From a virus (taxonomy: Duplodnaviria > Caudoviricetes): a stretch of DNA of 52,452 nt. Location of the stretch: IMG/VR virus record IMGVR_UViG_3300044302_004114, positions 1 through 52,452 of that record, one strand, 5' to 3'. Under the pieces are notes generated by a model, which worked only from the letters and a program-made list of their open reading frames with translations, was not told where the DNA came from and ran no database searches. Position numbers and translations under genes: made by a program. Below are positions 28,801-37,113 of the stretch, in pieces; position 1 is the stretch's first letter; each line of letters begins with the position of its first letter.

Positions 28801-30020
28801 CTGGGTATGTGCCAAGCCTTACACCACCAGGTCATGTTAGGGCGAATGGTCCTGCGGTAATTCCTGATGGAGCCAATGGATTAACTACACAAACAAGGGC
28901 GAACACACACGTTCGAAACGGTGGCTCACTTGCAGAAGTCCCAGATAATATGCTTTTGAAAGCAATTAAAAACAACTCTGATAAAATTCAAGGTGGTCAA
29001 GTTGTTGAAGAAAAACGATTTAAGAAGATCGGACAAGGCGGTGGTGGTGGAGTAAACGGCATCACTATATACGAAGACAGAACAACAGGTACGCTTTATG
29101 GCGTTAAATTCGCTGGAAGCAAGTCGTACTTTAGAAACGAAGCGGAGAATGAGGTTATATCTGGAATGATAGCAGACCAACTTGGGTTCGGGCAAGGAGA
29201 TTTCCGATTTGCTGGACCTGTTGCTACCGCTCAACAAAATAATGGAAATCAAATGGGTGGGGCAACATCTCCAATACTGTTTGAACTTGGAAATGCTATT
29301 CGTGGTCCAGTAGTAACTCATGCAGGAAGAAATTCAAGACCGCAGAATCATCCAACTCTTCCTGATATAAACAGTGATGATGGTATAGCAGATGGGGTTC
29401 GTTTGCTAGCACTAGATATGGTTATTACCAACAGTGACAGGCATGGTAGTAACTTTATGTGGGGAGGAACTCCAAGCGAAACAGCGGTCCTCTTGCCAAT
29501 TGACAATGGCGCAGGCTTACAAAACATATCTTCACGCTCTGCATGGGATCCCAATTTAACCCCTAGACAGAACTTTATGCGAGGCTTAATGGGGTGGAAG
29601 CGTGTAGCAAAAGCGGAAAGTAGAATTCTTCTTGATCCAAACGATCCAAACCCAGAGAGGAATAAGGTTAGAGCGACGTCACGACTGAAGGAGTTGTACG
29701 AAGGACCTCCGGCAGACAAGGCTAGGGCTATAGCAATAATGCAAGGAATTATTGATAACGTTAAAGCCCAAAGGCAAGGCGCTGCACCAATATCAGAAAT
29801 AGTCGAAAACACAAAACAAGGCATGATCCAAAGAGGTGGTGGAACCCCATCAGCAATACAGCGAGCAGATATATGGGCAACAACAGCAGAGACAGCACTG
29901 AGACGCTTGGACTACATTGCCAATAGTACTAGCGCTGAAGATCTACTAAGAGACATACTACAAGCAACACAGGGCGGGGGAATTCCAGACATGAATTGGG
30001 TTCCTGGCGCTACCATTTAA
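22860..30020 (+). CDS. Giant (~2386 aa) multidomain head-module protein with GNAT-like and C-terminal HipA/PI3K-like kinase domains
   Basis: Duplicated TPGGG..RCPPG..G.FT..CG module; Arg-rich repeats; GFG..F....FYR.LGVDKI.V.A..DG..IW.R.GF; GGGGG loop, VKF, ENE, D....NSDRHGSN, PIDNG. Confidence 0.75.
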   Translation: METNIEIKGPQDVLLDLPQERLTSITRGRGPRRGNLEALLRYWRPIMRKPGGFRRCLVILANHPELYPLERICAWLHHETTGLWPNEGNHHKRGRKKKKKRKRRKLTRRVRRAARRKKSIDFGDDIVEVSAMRLAVREARDIGGVLVQPIAGRQNAVNLKTAMFVQYSEPLPVTGQIEVKRRGLVGSRGRAGQTVQGIGTFLLPGDMSDFRNPVRSQIYETLTPGGGRDRIPSARRLLRGAGRGARNKFRCPPGFQKGGTFTNREFSTCGAQILGLPSFGPGSPSEGAQRALARLARNAELVRSIGDLRKNRSAYDIIRAAQIPVAPKKASPTRRQTSVDLVLNRIKNEEFGTRLVRRDGVILEPVVSLQALGGMDEFDDMVDGSLIDRYTKGQIGKDMIPAFGAGLRDVYVGIPETDLAVKISRVGGELKPSEMDAVQRTFPTSLRRSANLPDPSAAIYNLSETTNGRFKVEIGELKNNRFNKVDDARNERIRVQSGGQVLMVPRWVYDTFLSRSAPRRAKGDKIFEIVNEEKAGNPFLISTKAVAHKAIKGNGRYHDKIELRIAAFADSIEAANVEVKKGGRVAGSAVSILTPGDRSPFTSPVRSGISRALTPGGGSGVGGRARAIFDPGINMHRCPPGTRNAGQFTDPMGRSCGYSLPRRLVNAMVDTGVRIEDRMEERRRRRGDREPVRQRLGKAYREKLANAQDRLSDVMKRLANVLRVTEDRNRGDVGPTIADRRRRAALTPEQRDLLDGGELRDALQNMQRVLEERDFDDADISDVRKAFKQVEEAAQLEAGRITDNPVRTPQQRSMMASIQETLEAIMRKLAQVIRPGDGRRDRDDRDRTPRRVRAQEAGERGLRRAADVVRPDGDRRGRRRGEPRRVRMQEAGERGLRRAANAVRPEEDRRRRQGQARRVVTPDGQDELARRNRRLGLRRRNAAVEMAPMRNLNQRNRRNVNREVQQQFNELSDFWARELGVGDRNAFSEAQIRRYIRRQPQRRRRLLERRYRDWNELNALLNANDENPEHNEFEDRLGRLAPHRREAFLRRVGVNQPRREERNNERPRGWTGFDGRSWFLDDNNKPDATPRPSAEEVLPGAVTEMEADERGDTIIPSPNMQEIAEVTESEAMPQSVADLEDFLAAAPSGNRRGPEARELRAAGIARANDRQVAQLVDVLAPNVMRDPDGTGDQLQELSDSALYMLDARLDMMVANPNNTVTIPPFAREKVRAEISRRNLPPRKRLTADDRDNLLELEEMWRGVRPGEGLLAEVSDERLNVLIDTFQNGVDIRQRRDGVNPNPNGLSDEEWERVNRVRAALIVERNNRSGAPDRQESDSLVDGMDMNLEPLGSDVMGLDPDAWLEDQRDLSPEDVELRQLVQNWMRDNNVASLWDREDTWKLEFADSLSEDEANIFATALARRQIRLDQGGVVSRMDDRLLDTLATRHRLNVEAQEEMRKARYRKVHGIDRMNPRYWNNNNANDFSRKQAAERYRDHLIRQGDWSADGDIIDSITGENVNWVRDDILSDQQAVNNSVQAVNNTVANSPSSPASAARAIANYDWKEKRRQKIKKRQEQAIQQAIDRHGNKRPYAQSVEDISNMRKPDGTPDTRKQNAYFRQIFSHREEVDAGTVEINGQTYRKTITPMVTSTKVRRNADGTVTGATVRGKFRFRVYDSDGNVVADETASPQGGYSRGLFSRNIKITEGRVSHSTFGVDRTLTVDGKSVNFKAGGFGDKFNNNAILFYRGLGVDKISVGAAGDGNAIWPRQGFREDNFKVERLNARGGPMESLVGKFRSYERKIASGETPDASEITARILIGDSAAASRVEAMLASAQATRNIDDMPSIHDYSLALDPSTASGISRNTALHNVWRRGTLDKEMSPSDRQAIVAALQAEGISDSKIESALRGGSREYKPAFGGGDLPGFGSGVWTISDVEVPSESEVQDRVARGNPSDFLVPSEVVPNVAGGLNPGLGGAQQVKSGYVPSLTPPGHVRANGPAVIPDGANGLTTQTRANTHVRNGGSLAEVPDNMLLKAIKNNSDKIQGGQVVEEKRFKKIGQGGGGGVNGITIYEDRTTGTLYGVKFAGSKSYFRNEAENEVISGMIADQLGFGQGDFRFAGPVATAQQNNGNQMGGATSPILFELGNAIRGPVVTHAGRNSRPQNHPTLPDINSDDGIADGVRLLALDMVITNSDRHGSNFMWGGTPSETAVLLPIDNGAGLQNISSRSAWDPNLTPRQNFMRGLMGWKRVAKAESRILLDPNDPNPERNKVRATSRLKELYEGPPADKARAIAIMQGIIDNVKAQRQGAAPISEIVENTKQGMIQRGGGTPSAIQRADIWATTAETALRRLDYIANSTSAEDLLRDILQATQGGGIPDMNWVPGATI
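25404..25595 (+). repeat. Coding duplication of 102 nt (34 aa), Arg-rich
   Basis: PRRVRxQEAGERGLRRAAxxVRP twice. Confidence 0.85.
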
Positions 30021-30061
30021 AATGGTTTGCTATAACAAAAATCTTGTGGTAAGGTAATATT

Positions 30062-30346
30062 ATGACAAAATATAACGTATACAGTTTTAACACAACAACT
30101 CCAGACTACCATGAACTTGAAGGCATATTGACGATTGAGGATGGAAAAATTTTAGCGGACTTTATTGGCCCCGATATGCAAGTTGAAGTTATGGATTTTT
30201 TGGAAGAGGCTAAACCAACAACTTTTGAAGAGTTAATTGACATTAGTAGCGTCCTCAACAGAATGTTTATTTACGAGGTTGATAAAGACGGTAACGAAAT
30301 ACGCTTATTTGATGATCCAGAAGATGAAGATGAGGACGATGAGTAA
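30062..30346 (+). CDS. Small acidic hypothetical protein (leaderless; candidate immunity/partner)
   Basis: TTGCTA-17-TAAGGT-6-ATG (30027-30055). Confidence 0.65.
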   Translation: MTKYNVYSFNTTTPDYHELEGILTIEDGKILADFIGPDMQVEVMDFLEEAKPTTFEELIDISSVLNRMFIYEVDKDGNEIRLFDDPEDEDEDDE

Positions 30347-30969
30347 TGGCTTATTTTATGTTAAGCGCAGACAACACAATAATTGCAGACATAACAGACG
30401 ATAGATCTGCCACGTTCCATTCAAAAATAGGCTGGGATGATGATGTTGATAGATTTAAAAGCGCTTTAGAAGTGCTTGAAGGTCGTGATGCTCCATTATA
30501 TTCTGATATACGTATGAAAGCGTACTTCCCAAATATGATTGAAATTGATAAAAGCGCATATGATTCCGCTAGGGAAGAAATTGACGATTTTAATTCAAAG
30601 CAGAAACTTATGTTAGCGGAAATAAATAATACTCCAAATGATGAAATTAGAGAGTATGTATCGTTATTTCCAGCAACCTATCCAGAATTACTTAATTATG
30701 TACAATTAGCAAAATTGCGTATGGCTATGGATATGGTAAAAGATCCTTCTGCTGATTCACCAGGTGAAGTTGTTTTATCAGAGGAAGATGAATTGGCAAA
30801 CATAAGGGCATTATATGGAATGCTTAGGGAAGTCGAAAGATCTAAAGATAACAGCATGATAGTTTCTCTATTGAATCTTGTTGGAGACGCTGTTGAGCCG
30901 GACGACATATTTGGAAGCGAAGAAGTGGATTTAGAACTTGAGCCAGACGACGAAGAGGAATTAGAGTAA
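30346..30969 (+). CDS. Acidic hypothetical protein
   Basis: TAATG coupling on both sides. Confidence 0.7.
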   Translation: MAYFMLSADNTIIADITDDRSATFHSKIGWDDDVDRFKSALEVLEGRDAPLYSDIRMKAYFPNMIEIDKSAYDSAREEIDDFNSKQKLMLAEINNTPNDEIREYVSLFPATYPELLNYVQLAKLRMAMDMVKDPSADSPGEVVLSEEDELANIRALYGMLREVERSKDNSMIVSLLNLVGDAVEPDDIFGSEEVDLELEPDDEEELE

Positions 30970-32474
30970 TGGCTAAAGATCCCCTCGCTGGAGAAACTGT
31001 CCCAACTAAAGAAATGGCTGAAAAACTATCAGCAATGTTGGGGTGCTCTGGCGCTCACAAAGTGGGGGATGACGCATGGGGTCCATGTGAATCCGATAGG
31101 GATTTACAAAAATTAATTGAAGTTGGGAACCCAGCATTCCGTGAATGGAAGGCACGTCAAAAAAAGAAAAAGACTGTTCTAGACTTTATGGAGTTAAAGG
31201 CTAATAAGAAAAAGGGTTTCTTTAACACTCGTGAAGAAGCGGAGATGGTGGCAACACGTATTGGTTGTTTTGGAGCACATCAAGTTAGGCAAGGTGTATG
31301 GGCACCTTGCGGTACACCTGAAGAGCATAATGCCGCTCATTCCAACGCTGGGGCTGGTAGATCTAGAATAATTAGAGCGCAACGTCCTGCTAGAAGAGTT
31401 GTCACAAATCGAAGAGTTTGGGAGAACTTACGGGGGCGTGGTCCTCGTGGGATAGAAACACTACCTGGTGGTGGGTTGGTTTCTGGTAAAAGCGTAAACG
31501 CATCGGACTCTTTTAAACCAACCAAAGGAATGGTTGAAGAGGCTAAACGTGCCTTAAAGTGGCGTAGGGAGTTTAAGCGTGGCGGAACTGCTGTTGGTAT
31601 TGCTCGTGCGAGAGATATCGCTAATGGTAAAAACTTGCCTTATAAAACTGTAAAAAGAATGAAAGCATTTTTTGATAGACATCAGTCTGATGCTGATGCA
31701 GATGGTTTTCGCCCAGGCGAAGACGGATTTCCGTCGAATGGCCGCATTGCCCATGCTTTGTGGGGAGGAGATCCCGGCTATACATGGGCGAAGGATATTG
31801 TTTCTCGTGTTGAAGGATCTGAAAAGTCTTTCAAAAGTATAGACGAAAAACGGTTCTACACAAGAACACGGAGAACAGAATATGCAAAGCGTGGTTGGGC
31901 TTTACCTGACGGATCATACCCAATTAGAGATGTTGGTGATTTAAGAAATGCGATTCAAGCATATGGTCTTGGAAAAAACAAAGAAAGAACACGCAAGCAT
32001 ATAATCAAGCGTGCTAGACAATTAGGTCGCCTTGATTTAGTTCCAGCAGATTGGAAAAAAAGAGCGTCTTCAAAGTCTTTAAACGATCCTAAAACTCCTG
32101 CCAAACCTTCAGAACGCATATACGGTTCAAGTAGAAATCGTAGAGGCTCTGCTTCAGGCACTAGAGGCGGAATCAAACTTTCTGTCGCTGTTGAAGCATC
32201 TTTAAAAAACAAGGTAAAAGAGCATAACGAGAAGATGGAGAAGCGTGGTAAAGAGGAACGCAAAGTTACACTAGGCATGCTTAAGGCTGTTTGGAGAAGA
32301 GGCGCTGGTGCTTTTTCTCAGACTCACCGACCAAAGATGGGAAGACAGCAATGGGCTATGGGGCGTGTCAATGCATTTCTTAAACTCGTGTCTAGCGGAA
32401 AACCATCAAACCCAAAGTACACAACAGACAACGATCTCCTACCCAAGAAGCACCCACGTAAAACAAAAAAGTAG
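30969..32474 (+). CDS. Basic multidomain head-module protein
   Basis: Two GCxGAH..W.PC modules, a GGT.VG.ARA..LWGG domain, a DGSYPI domain, and a L.AV.RRG.GA...HRP...QWA..RVN.F domain. Confidence 0.75.
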   Translation: MAKDPLAGETVPTKEMAEKLSAMLGCSGAHKVGDDAWGPCESDRDLQKLIEVGNPAFREWKARQKKKKTVLDFMELKANKKKGFFNTREEAEMVATRIGCFGAHQVRQGVWAPCGTPEEHNAAHSNAGAGRSRIIRAQRPARRVVTNRRVWENLRGRGPRGIETLPGGGLVSGKSVNASDSFKPTKGMVEEAKRALKWRREFKRGGTAVGIARARDIANGKNLPYKTVKRMKAFFDRHQSDADADGFRPGEDGFPSNGRIAHALWGGDPGYTWAKDIVSRVEGSEKSFKSIDEKRFYTRTRRTEYAKRGWALPDGSYPIRDVGDLRNAIQAYGLGKNKERTRKHIIKRARQLGRLDLVPADWKKRASSKSLNDPKTPAKPSERIYGSSRNRRGSASGTRGGIKLSVAVEASLKNKVKEHNEKMEKRGKEERKVTLGMLKAVWRRGAGAFSQTHRPKMGRQQWAMGRVNAFLKLVSSGKPSNPKYTTDNDLLPKKHPRKTKK

Positions 32475-32667
32475 AGTAGTAGACTTTACTGCGGTATATA
32501 CACTACAATAGAATCTTGTAAGGGTGTAAGAGATTATTGGAATAGTTCCCGTGATTTTCTTTACATCAGTGCTAGCATAATATATGACTGGTGCTCACCA
32601 CATAATTTTTTATTGTTGGGTCGCCTATCATTAACAAATAAACATATTCAATCTAAGGAGACTGAAC

Positions 32668-33957
32668 ATGAGTTTTGATGAGAGTCGGCTCAACGAACTC
32701 AAAACTGCTTTAACCGGTAAAATGGCAGAGCAGCAAGAGATCGCTGATTCGATGCAGTTCGAGGGTGAAACCCTCATTGCAGATGATGAAAAGAAATCTG
32801 CATTTCAAGGCAATATGGCCCAGATCAAAGAGATCAAAGGTCTTATTGAAGACATGGAAACCCTTCGTGACGTATCAGCATGGTCGTCAGAGTCTGACTA
32901 CAAGTCAGTCGCTGCTGAAGTTGCTGCTGGCGTTGAGGCTGAGGTTGCAAATCACTACGGTTCCGTAGGTGAAGCATTCCTTGACTCCCCAGAATTTAAG
33001 TCACTACAGGGCGGTAAAGCCGGTGTTAACATGGTTGCACCTTATCAGGCAAAAACACTTGAGCAAAAAGATATTTATTCTGGTTTGCCAACTGGAACAC
33101 CTGGTTCTTTCGGTGCTGTTGAGCGTGACGGAATTGTCCCAATCGCACAACGTAGAAGCCGTGTACGGGATCTTTTCCCATCACGTAGCACTAATTCAGC
33201 AGTTATTGAGTACTTCCGTCAAAGCGGTTTCACGAACAACGCTTCTGTTGTTCCTGAATATGCGTCCAGTGCATTTGGTGCCAAGCCTCACTCAACGTTT
33301 ACTTTCGTTGGCGAGCAGGCTCCAGTACGGACCATCGCTCACTGGGAAGCCGCTCACCGTAACGTTCTTGCTGACGAACCGCAACTGCGGTCAATCGTTG
33401 ACAACGAACTTCTTTACGGTCTGCGTTTAACAGAGGACAACCAAATCCTCTCAGGTGCTGGTACAGGTGAAGACCTCACTGGTATTCTAAACACGACAGG
33501 CATTCAAACGTATTCATGGTCTGCTGGTGCAACAACTCCGGTTGCTGACACCAAAGCCGATGCAATTCGTCGTGCCGCAACGCTCGCATACCTAGCGTAC
33601 TACGAGCCAACTGGTATCATTGTTAACCCAAATGACTGGGAAGACATTGAACTTACCAAAAACTCACAAGGTACCTACCTACTTGCTATGTCAGTAGCCG
33701 GTGGCGCAGAGTCACGTGTCTGGAGAATTCCAGTCATCGATACTCCTGCTATCGCTTCTGGTACTGCTCTTATCGGTGCCTTCGGTACAGGTGCTCAGTT
33801 GTATGACCGTGAGGCTGCTACAATCCGAATTTCGGAACAGCATTCAGACTTCTTCGTAAGAAACGCAATCGTGATTCTTGCTGAAGAGCGTCTCGCCCTC
33901 GCTGTTAAGCGACCAGAGTCCTTCGTGAAAGTTACCTTCGACGCCGCTCCATCCTAA
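32668..33957 (+). CDS. Major capsid protein (HK97 fold)
   Basis: Coiled-coil delta domain, VRDLF, TIAHW, L.D.PQL, EDNQIL.G.G, F..N...ILAEERLA.AV.RPE.F; AAGGAG RBS. Confidence 0.95.
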   Translation: MSFDESRLNELKTALTGKMAEQQEIADSMQFEGETLIADDEKKSAFQGNMAQIKEIKGLIEDMETLRDVSAWSSESDYKSVAAEVAAGVEAEVANHYGSVGEAFLDSPEFKSLQGGKAGVNMVAPYQAKTLEQKDIYSGLPTGTPGSFGAVERDGIVPIAQRRSRVRDLFPSRSTNSAVIEYFRQSGFTNNASVVPEYASSAFGAKPHSTFTFVGEQAPVRTIAHWEAAHRNVLADEPQLRSIVDNELLYGLRLTEDNQILSGAGTGEDLTGILNTTGIQTYSWSAGATTPVADTKADAIRRAATLAYLAYYEPTGIIVNPNDWEDIELTKNSQGTYLLAMSVAGGAESRVWRIPVIDTPAIASGTALIGAFGTGAQLYDREAATIRISEQHSDFFVRNAIVILAEERLALAVKRPESFVKVTFDAAPS

Positions 33958-34011
33958 ACCTAACGGAATAGGAAAGAGTTAAGTCTTAGTGACCTAACGA
34001 ATTAAAGATCT

Positions 34012-34041
34012 AGCCCTCACCCTTCGGGGTGGGGGCTTTTT
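34012..34041 (+). terminator. Intrinsic terminator after the capsid gene
   Basis: AGCCCTCACCC-TTCG-GGGTGGGGGCT-TTTT. Confidence 0.9.
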
Positions 34042-34103
34042 CCTGGTGTAGGATAAGAGTAACGTTGCGTTTCACGCATCTTGGCGGTGCATCCCCTGAG
34101 GAG

Positions 34104-34134
34104 GACTCCCCTGCTACGGTGGGGGAGTCTTTGT
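34104..34134 (+). terminator. Second GC-rich terminator-like hairpin
   Basis: GACTCCCCTGC-TACG-GTGGGGGAGTC-TTTGT. Confidence 0.7.
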
Positions 34135-34146
34135 TATAATAGGCAT

Positions 34147-34869
34147 ATGCCCATATTTGACCATGAAGAAGAGTACCCATTTCCAATTTGGACAATGGAC
34201 GATGTAGAAGTTTTAGAAAATATTGACGACTTTTGGTCTATCGGGATTGTTGAGTTGCTACATTTTTTGATAAATGAAGATGGAAAGTATGAAGACGACA
34301 CACTAGACATAACAGTCGTAATACATTCCGTAGTAAACTCTTTAAAAGATCAGTATTCTTTTGATGAGGTTAGTGGTCTACTTTCAATTGCTAGTGAGTT
34401 TTGTCTAGTAGACTGCAACTACCATAAACAAAATTTATTATCAATAGAGATATCTGATAATGCAATATTGTATCTAGCCTTACAAGAAGAAGACGAACTT
34501 GCTTTAGAAGGGGCGCTTCAAAGGGCAAGAGATCTCTGTTCAATTTTTAACAACATCGTGACTAGAGGGGCACTAACCCTATTCGGACATTTGGAAGATC
34601 AGGCTTCAGAACTCTTAAATTCCATGTTGACTAGAGACGTACTAGATGATACAATAGATTCTACATTCAAATATATTTCATATATGTTTACAGACAAATT
34701 AGCGTTTGTAGACTTTATTAGAAAGATGTGTGATGTTGGCTTGATTTCAACAGAAATCCAAGACACAGGAACTGCAAAAATAATTATTCACCCTCCAGCC
34801 ACAGGAATTTTTTTACTCTTGTCGAACAGGACTGAACTAGCAATTAAGTTAGCACATCTTTCAATTTGA
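34147..34869 (+). CDS. Hypothetical acidic protein (leaderless)
   Basis: TATAAT-6-ATG at 34147; start corrected from 34081. Confidence 0.7.
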   Translation: MPIFDHEEEYPFPIWTMDDVEVLENIDDFWSIGIVELLHFLINEDGKYEDDTLDITVVIHSVVNSLKDQYSFDEVSGLLSIASEFCLVDCNYHKQNLLSIEISDNAILYLALQEEDELALEGALQRARDLCSIFNNIVTRGALTLFGHLEDQASELLNSMLTRDVLDDTIDSTFKYISYMFTDKLAFVDFIRKMCDVGLISTEIQDTGTAKIIIHPPATGIFLLLSNRTELAIKLAHLSI

Positions 34870-35013
34870 CTTATACCCACTCATGTGGTAATGTTAAAAA
34901 TCATAAAGATTTGACATTTAGTTCTTTCTAACCTTGTTTAGAATACAAGAACCATCTTAAATCACGTAGCAGCGAAAGGTCGCTGCTTTCTTCAACTAAG
35001 GAGCAATAAACAA

Positions 35014-36969
35014 ATGAAGCCATTTCTTATTTCAGACAGTCACATTAAATCATACGAAGATCAACTACCACCATGGGGATTTAATGGACTTGGGTATGTA
35101 ACCTACAAAAGAACGTATGCACGCCCTATTTTTGATGGCGACTCAAACGTCATAACACGAACAGAAGAGTGGCACGAAACTGTACAGCGTGTTGTTAATG
35201 GCGCACAAAACATTGGGGCAGAATTAACAGAAGACGAAGCAATTAGATTATACGACTACATGTTCAACCTTAAGGGTTGTGTTGCTGGCAGAATGCTTTG
35301 GCAACTTGGCACTGAAAACAATTCAAGGCTTGGTGGTGACAGTTTAGTAAACTGCTGGTTTGTGGACATATCGAAGCCAACTGACTTTTCATGGTCCGTT
35401 GAGCGCTTGATGCTTGGTGGCGGTGTAGGGTTTTCGTGTGATAAGCCCGAAAGACTAGGCACGGTTCGCCCAGCATGGGTTGAGCACCATGATGCTAACG
35501 ACTCTGACTTTATTGTTCCTGACACACGGGAAGGTTGGGGTGAACTTATACGCAAAGTTTTCGAATGCTACTTAGGAGACGACGACAACCCACGCAAGAT
35601 GACTTACGCCACACATCTCGTTCGCCCTGCTGGTGTACCAATTAAGACATTTGGTGGCACAGCATCTGGACCTGATATTCTCATTTCTGGTGTTGAAAAA
35701 ATTTGTAAGGTTTTAGATGGTGCTGTTGGTAGAACAATGACATCTGTTGAAGTTCTTGACTGCATGAACATAATCGGTTCTATTGTCGTTGCTGGAAACG
35801 TTCGTCGTTCAGCAGAGATTGCTGTAGGTAGCCTTGATGATGAGGCTTACTTGATGGCAAAGCGGTGGGACTTGGGAGACATTCCTATTGAGCGTGCAAT
35901 GTCAAACAACACAGTGTTTGTTTCTTCAGAACAAATGAAAAATATGCCTGAATTGGTTTGGGAAGGATACAAAGGCAATGGTGAACCTTATGGGTTTTTC
36001 AACCTTGAGGCCTCTCGGACATATGGTCGAATGGGAGAGGAAAAGCCAGATCACTCTATCGTTGGAGTAAACCCTTGCGCTGAAATCCCTCTTGCCAATC
36101 GAGAGTCTTGCAACTTGTCAGAACTATACTTACCCATGATTGAGTCACAAGAAGAGTTGGTTGATGTTGCAAAACTTCTTTATAAGGTACAAAAGGCAAC
36201 AGCCGCATTATCTTACCTTGATCCAGCCTCAGATCGAATTACTTCACAAAACATGAGACTAGGTTTGGGGATAACAGGAGTCACTCAAGCAATGGATAAA
36301 ATTGAATGGTTAGACACAGCGTATGTGGCTCTTCGTGAGTTTGATGCACAGTGGTCTGCTAAAAGGGGTTGGCCAGAGTCGGTCAGGCTTACAACTATAA
36401 AGCCATCAGGCACACTTAGCCTATTACCGGGTGTTACGCCTGGTGTTCACCCTGCGTTTAGCCAATACTTTGTTAAAAGAATGCGCATGGCTTCATCGGA
36501 TGTTTTGGTTGATTACTGTAAAAACAAAGGATTTTATGTTGAACCCCTAAGAAACTTTGATGGTTCTGAAGATGACAGAACAGTAGTGATTGAATTCCCA
36601 TGCGCTTTCCCTGAAGGAACAATTTTAGCAGAACAGATGTCTGCAATTGATCAGATGGATTTAGTGCGTGGACTTCAAAGAGTGTGGGCGGATAATGCTA
36701 TATCTGTAACTGTGTATTACAAGGCGGAAGAACTTGAAGAAATTCAAGAGTACCTTGCGCAATATTGGCATGAAATGAAATCAGTGTCATTTTTGTTGCA
36801 TTCTGAGCATGGTTTTGATCAAGCACCAATGGGTGAATTATCGTTACAAGAATATAAAGACATGCTTGAAGCCACTACTCCTCTTGGAGAAAAACTTTCT
36901 GGATCTACGTTTATGACAGACGAAGAATTTGAAGCAGAGTGTGCTACTGGGGCTTGCCCTATTCGATAA
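35014..36969 (+). CDS. nrdJ: Class II (adenosylcobalamin-dependent) ribonucleotide reductase, monomeric RTPR-like
   Basis: TYKRTYAR, GR.LW, NC, LM.GGGVG, VVAGNVRRSA, NPCAE, CNL, TTIKPSGT, C-terminal CATGACPIR. Confidence 0.93.
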   Translation: MKPFLISDSHIKSYEDQLPPWGFNGLGYVTYKRTYARPIFDGDSNVITRTEEWHETVQRVVNGAQNIGAELTEDEAIRLYDYMFNLKGCVAGRMLWQLGTENNSRLGGDSLVNCWFVDISKPTDFSWSVERLMLGGGVGFSCDKPERLGTVRPAWVEHHDANDSDFIVPDTREGWGELIRKVFECYLGDDDNPRKMTYATHLVRPAGVPIKTFGGTASGPDILISGVEKICKVLDGAVGRTMTSVEVLDCMNIIGSIVVAGNVRRSAEIAVGSLDDEAYLMAKRWDLGDIPIERAMSNNTVFVSSEQMKNMPELVWEGYKGNGEPYGFFNLEASRTYGRMGEEKPDHSIVGVNPCAEIPLANRESCNLSELYLPMIESQEELVDVAKLLYKVQKATAALSYLDPASDRITSQNMRLGLGITGVTQAMDKIEWLDTAYVALREFDAQWSAKRGWPESVRLTTIKPSGTLSLLPGVTPGVHPAFSQYFVKRMRMASSDVLVDYCKNKGFYVEPLRNFDGSEDDRTVVIEFPCAFPEGTILAEQMSAIDQMDLVRGLQRVWADNAISVTVYYKAEELEEIQEYLAQYWHEMKSVSFLLHSEHGFDQAPMGELSLQEYKDMLEATTPLGEKLSGSTFMTDEEFEAECATGACPIR

Positions 36970-37113
36970 CTAATTATATTATTAATAAGAGTTGCACGTT
37001 GGTGCAAGTTGGACTATTAATGTAATTGTTGTACCGGAATAAGGCTAACCCCAAAGGAGGAGATTGTTTTATCGGTGAAACCGGTAGCCGACTGACAATC
37101 ACATCATCTACAG

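Noticed and set aside
34870-35013. Cobalamin riboswitch upstream of nrdJ
   Set aside because: Leader is short and AT-rich with no B12-box
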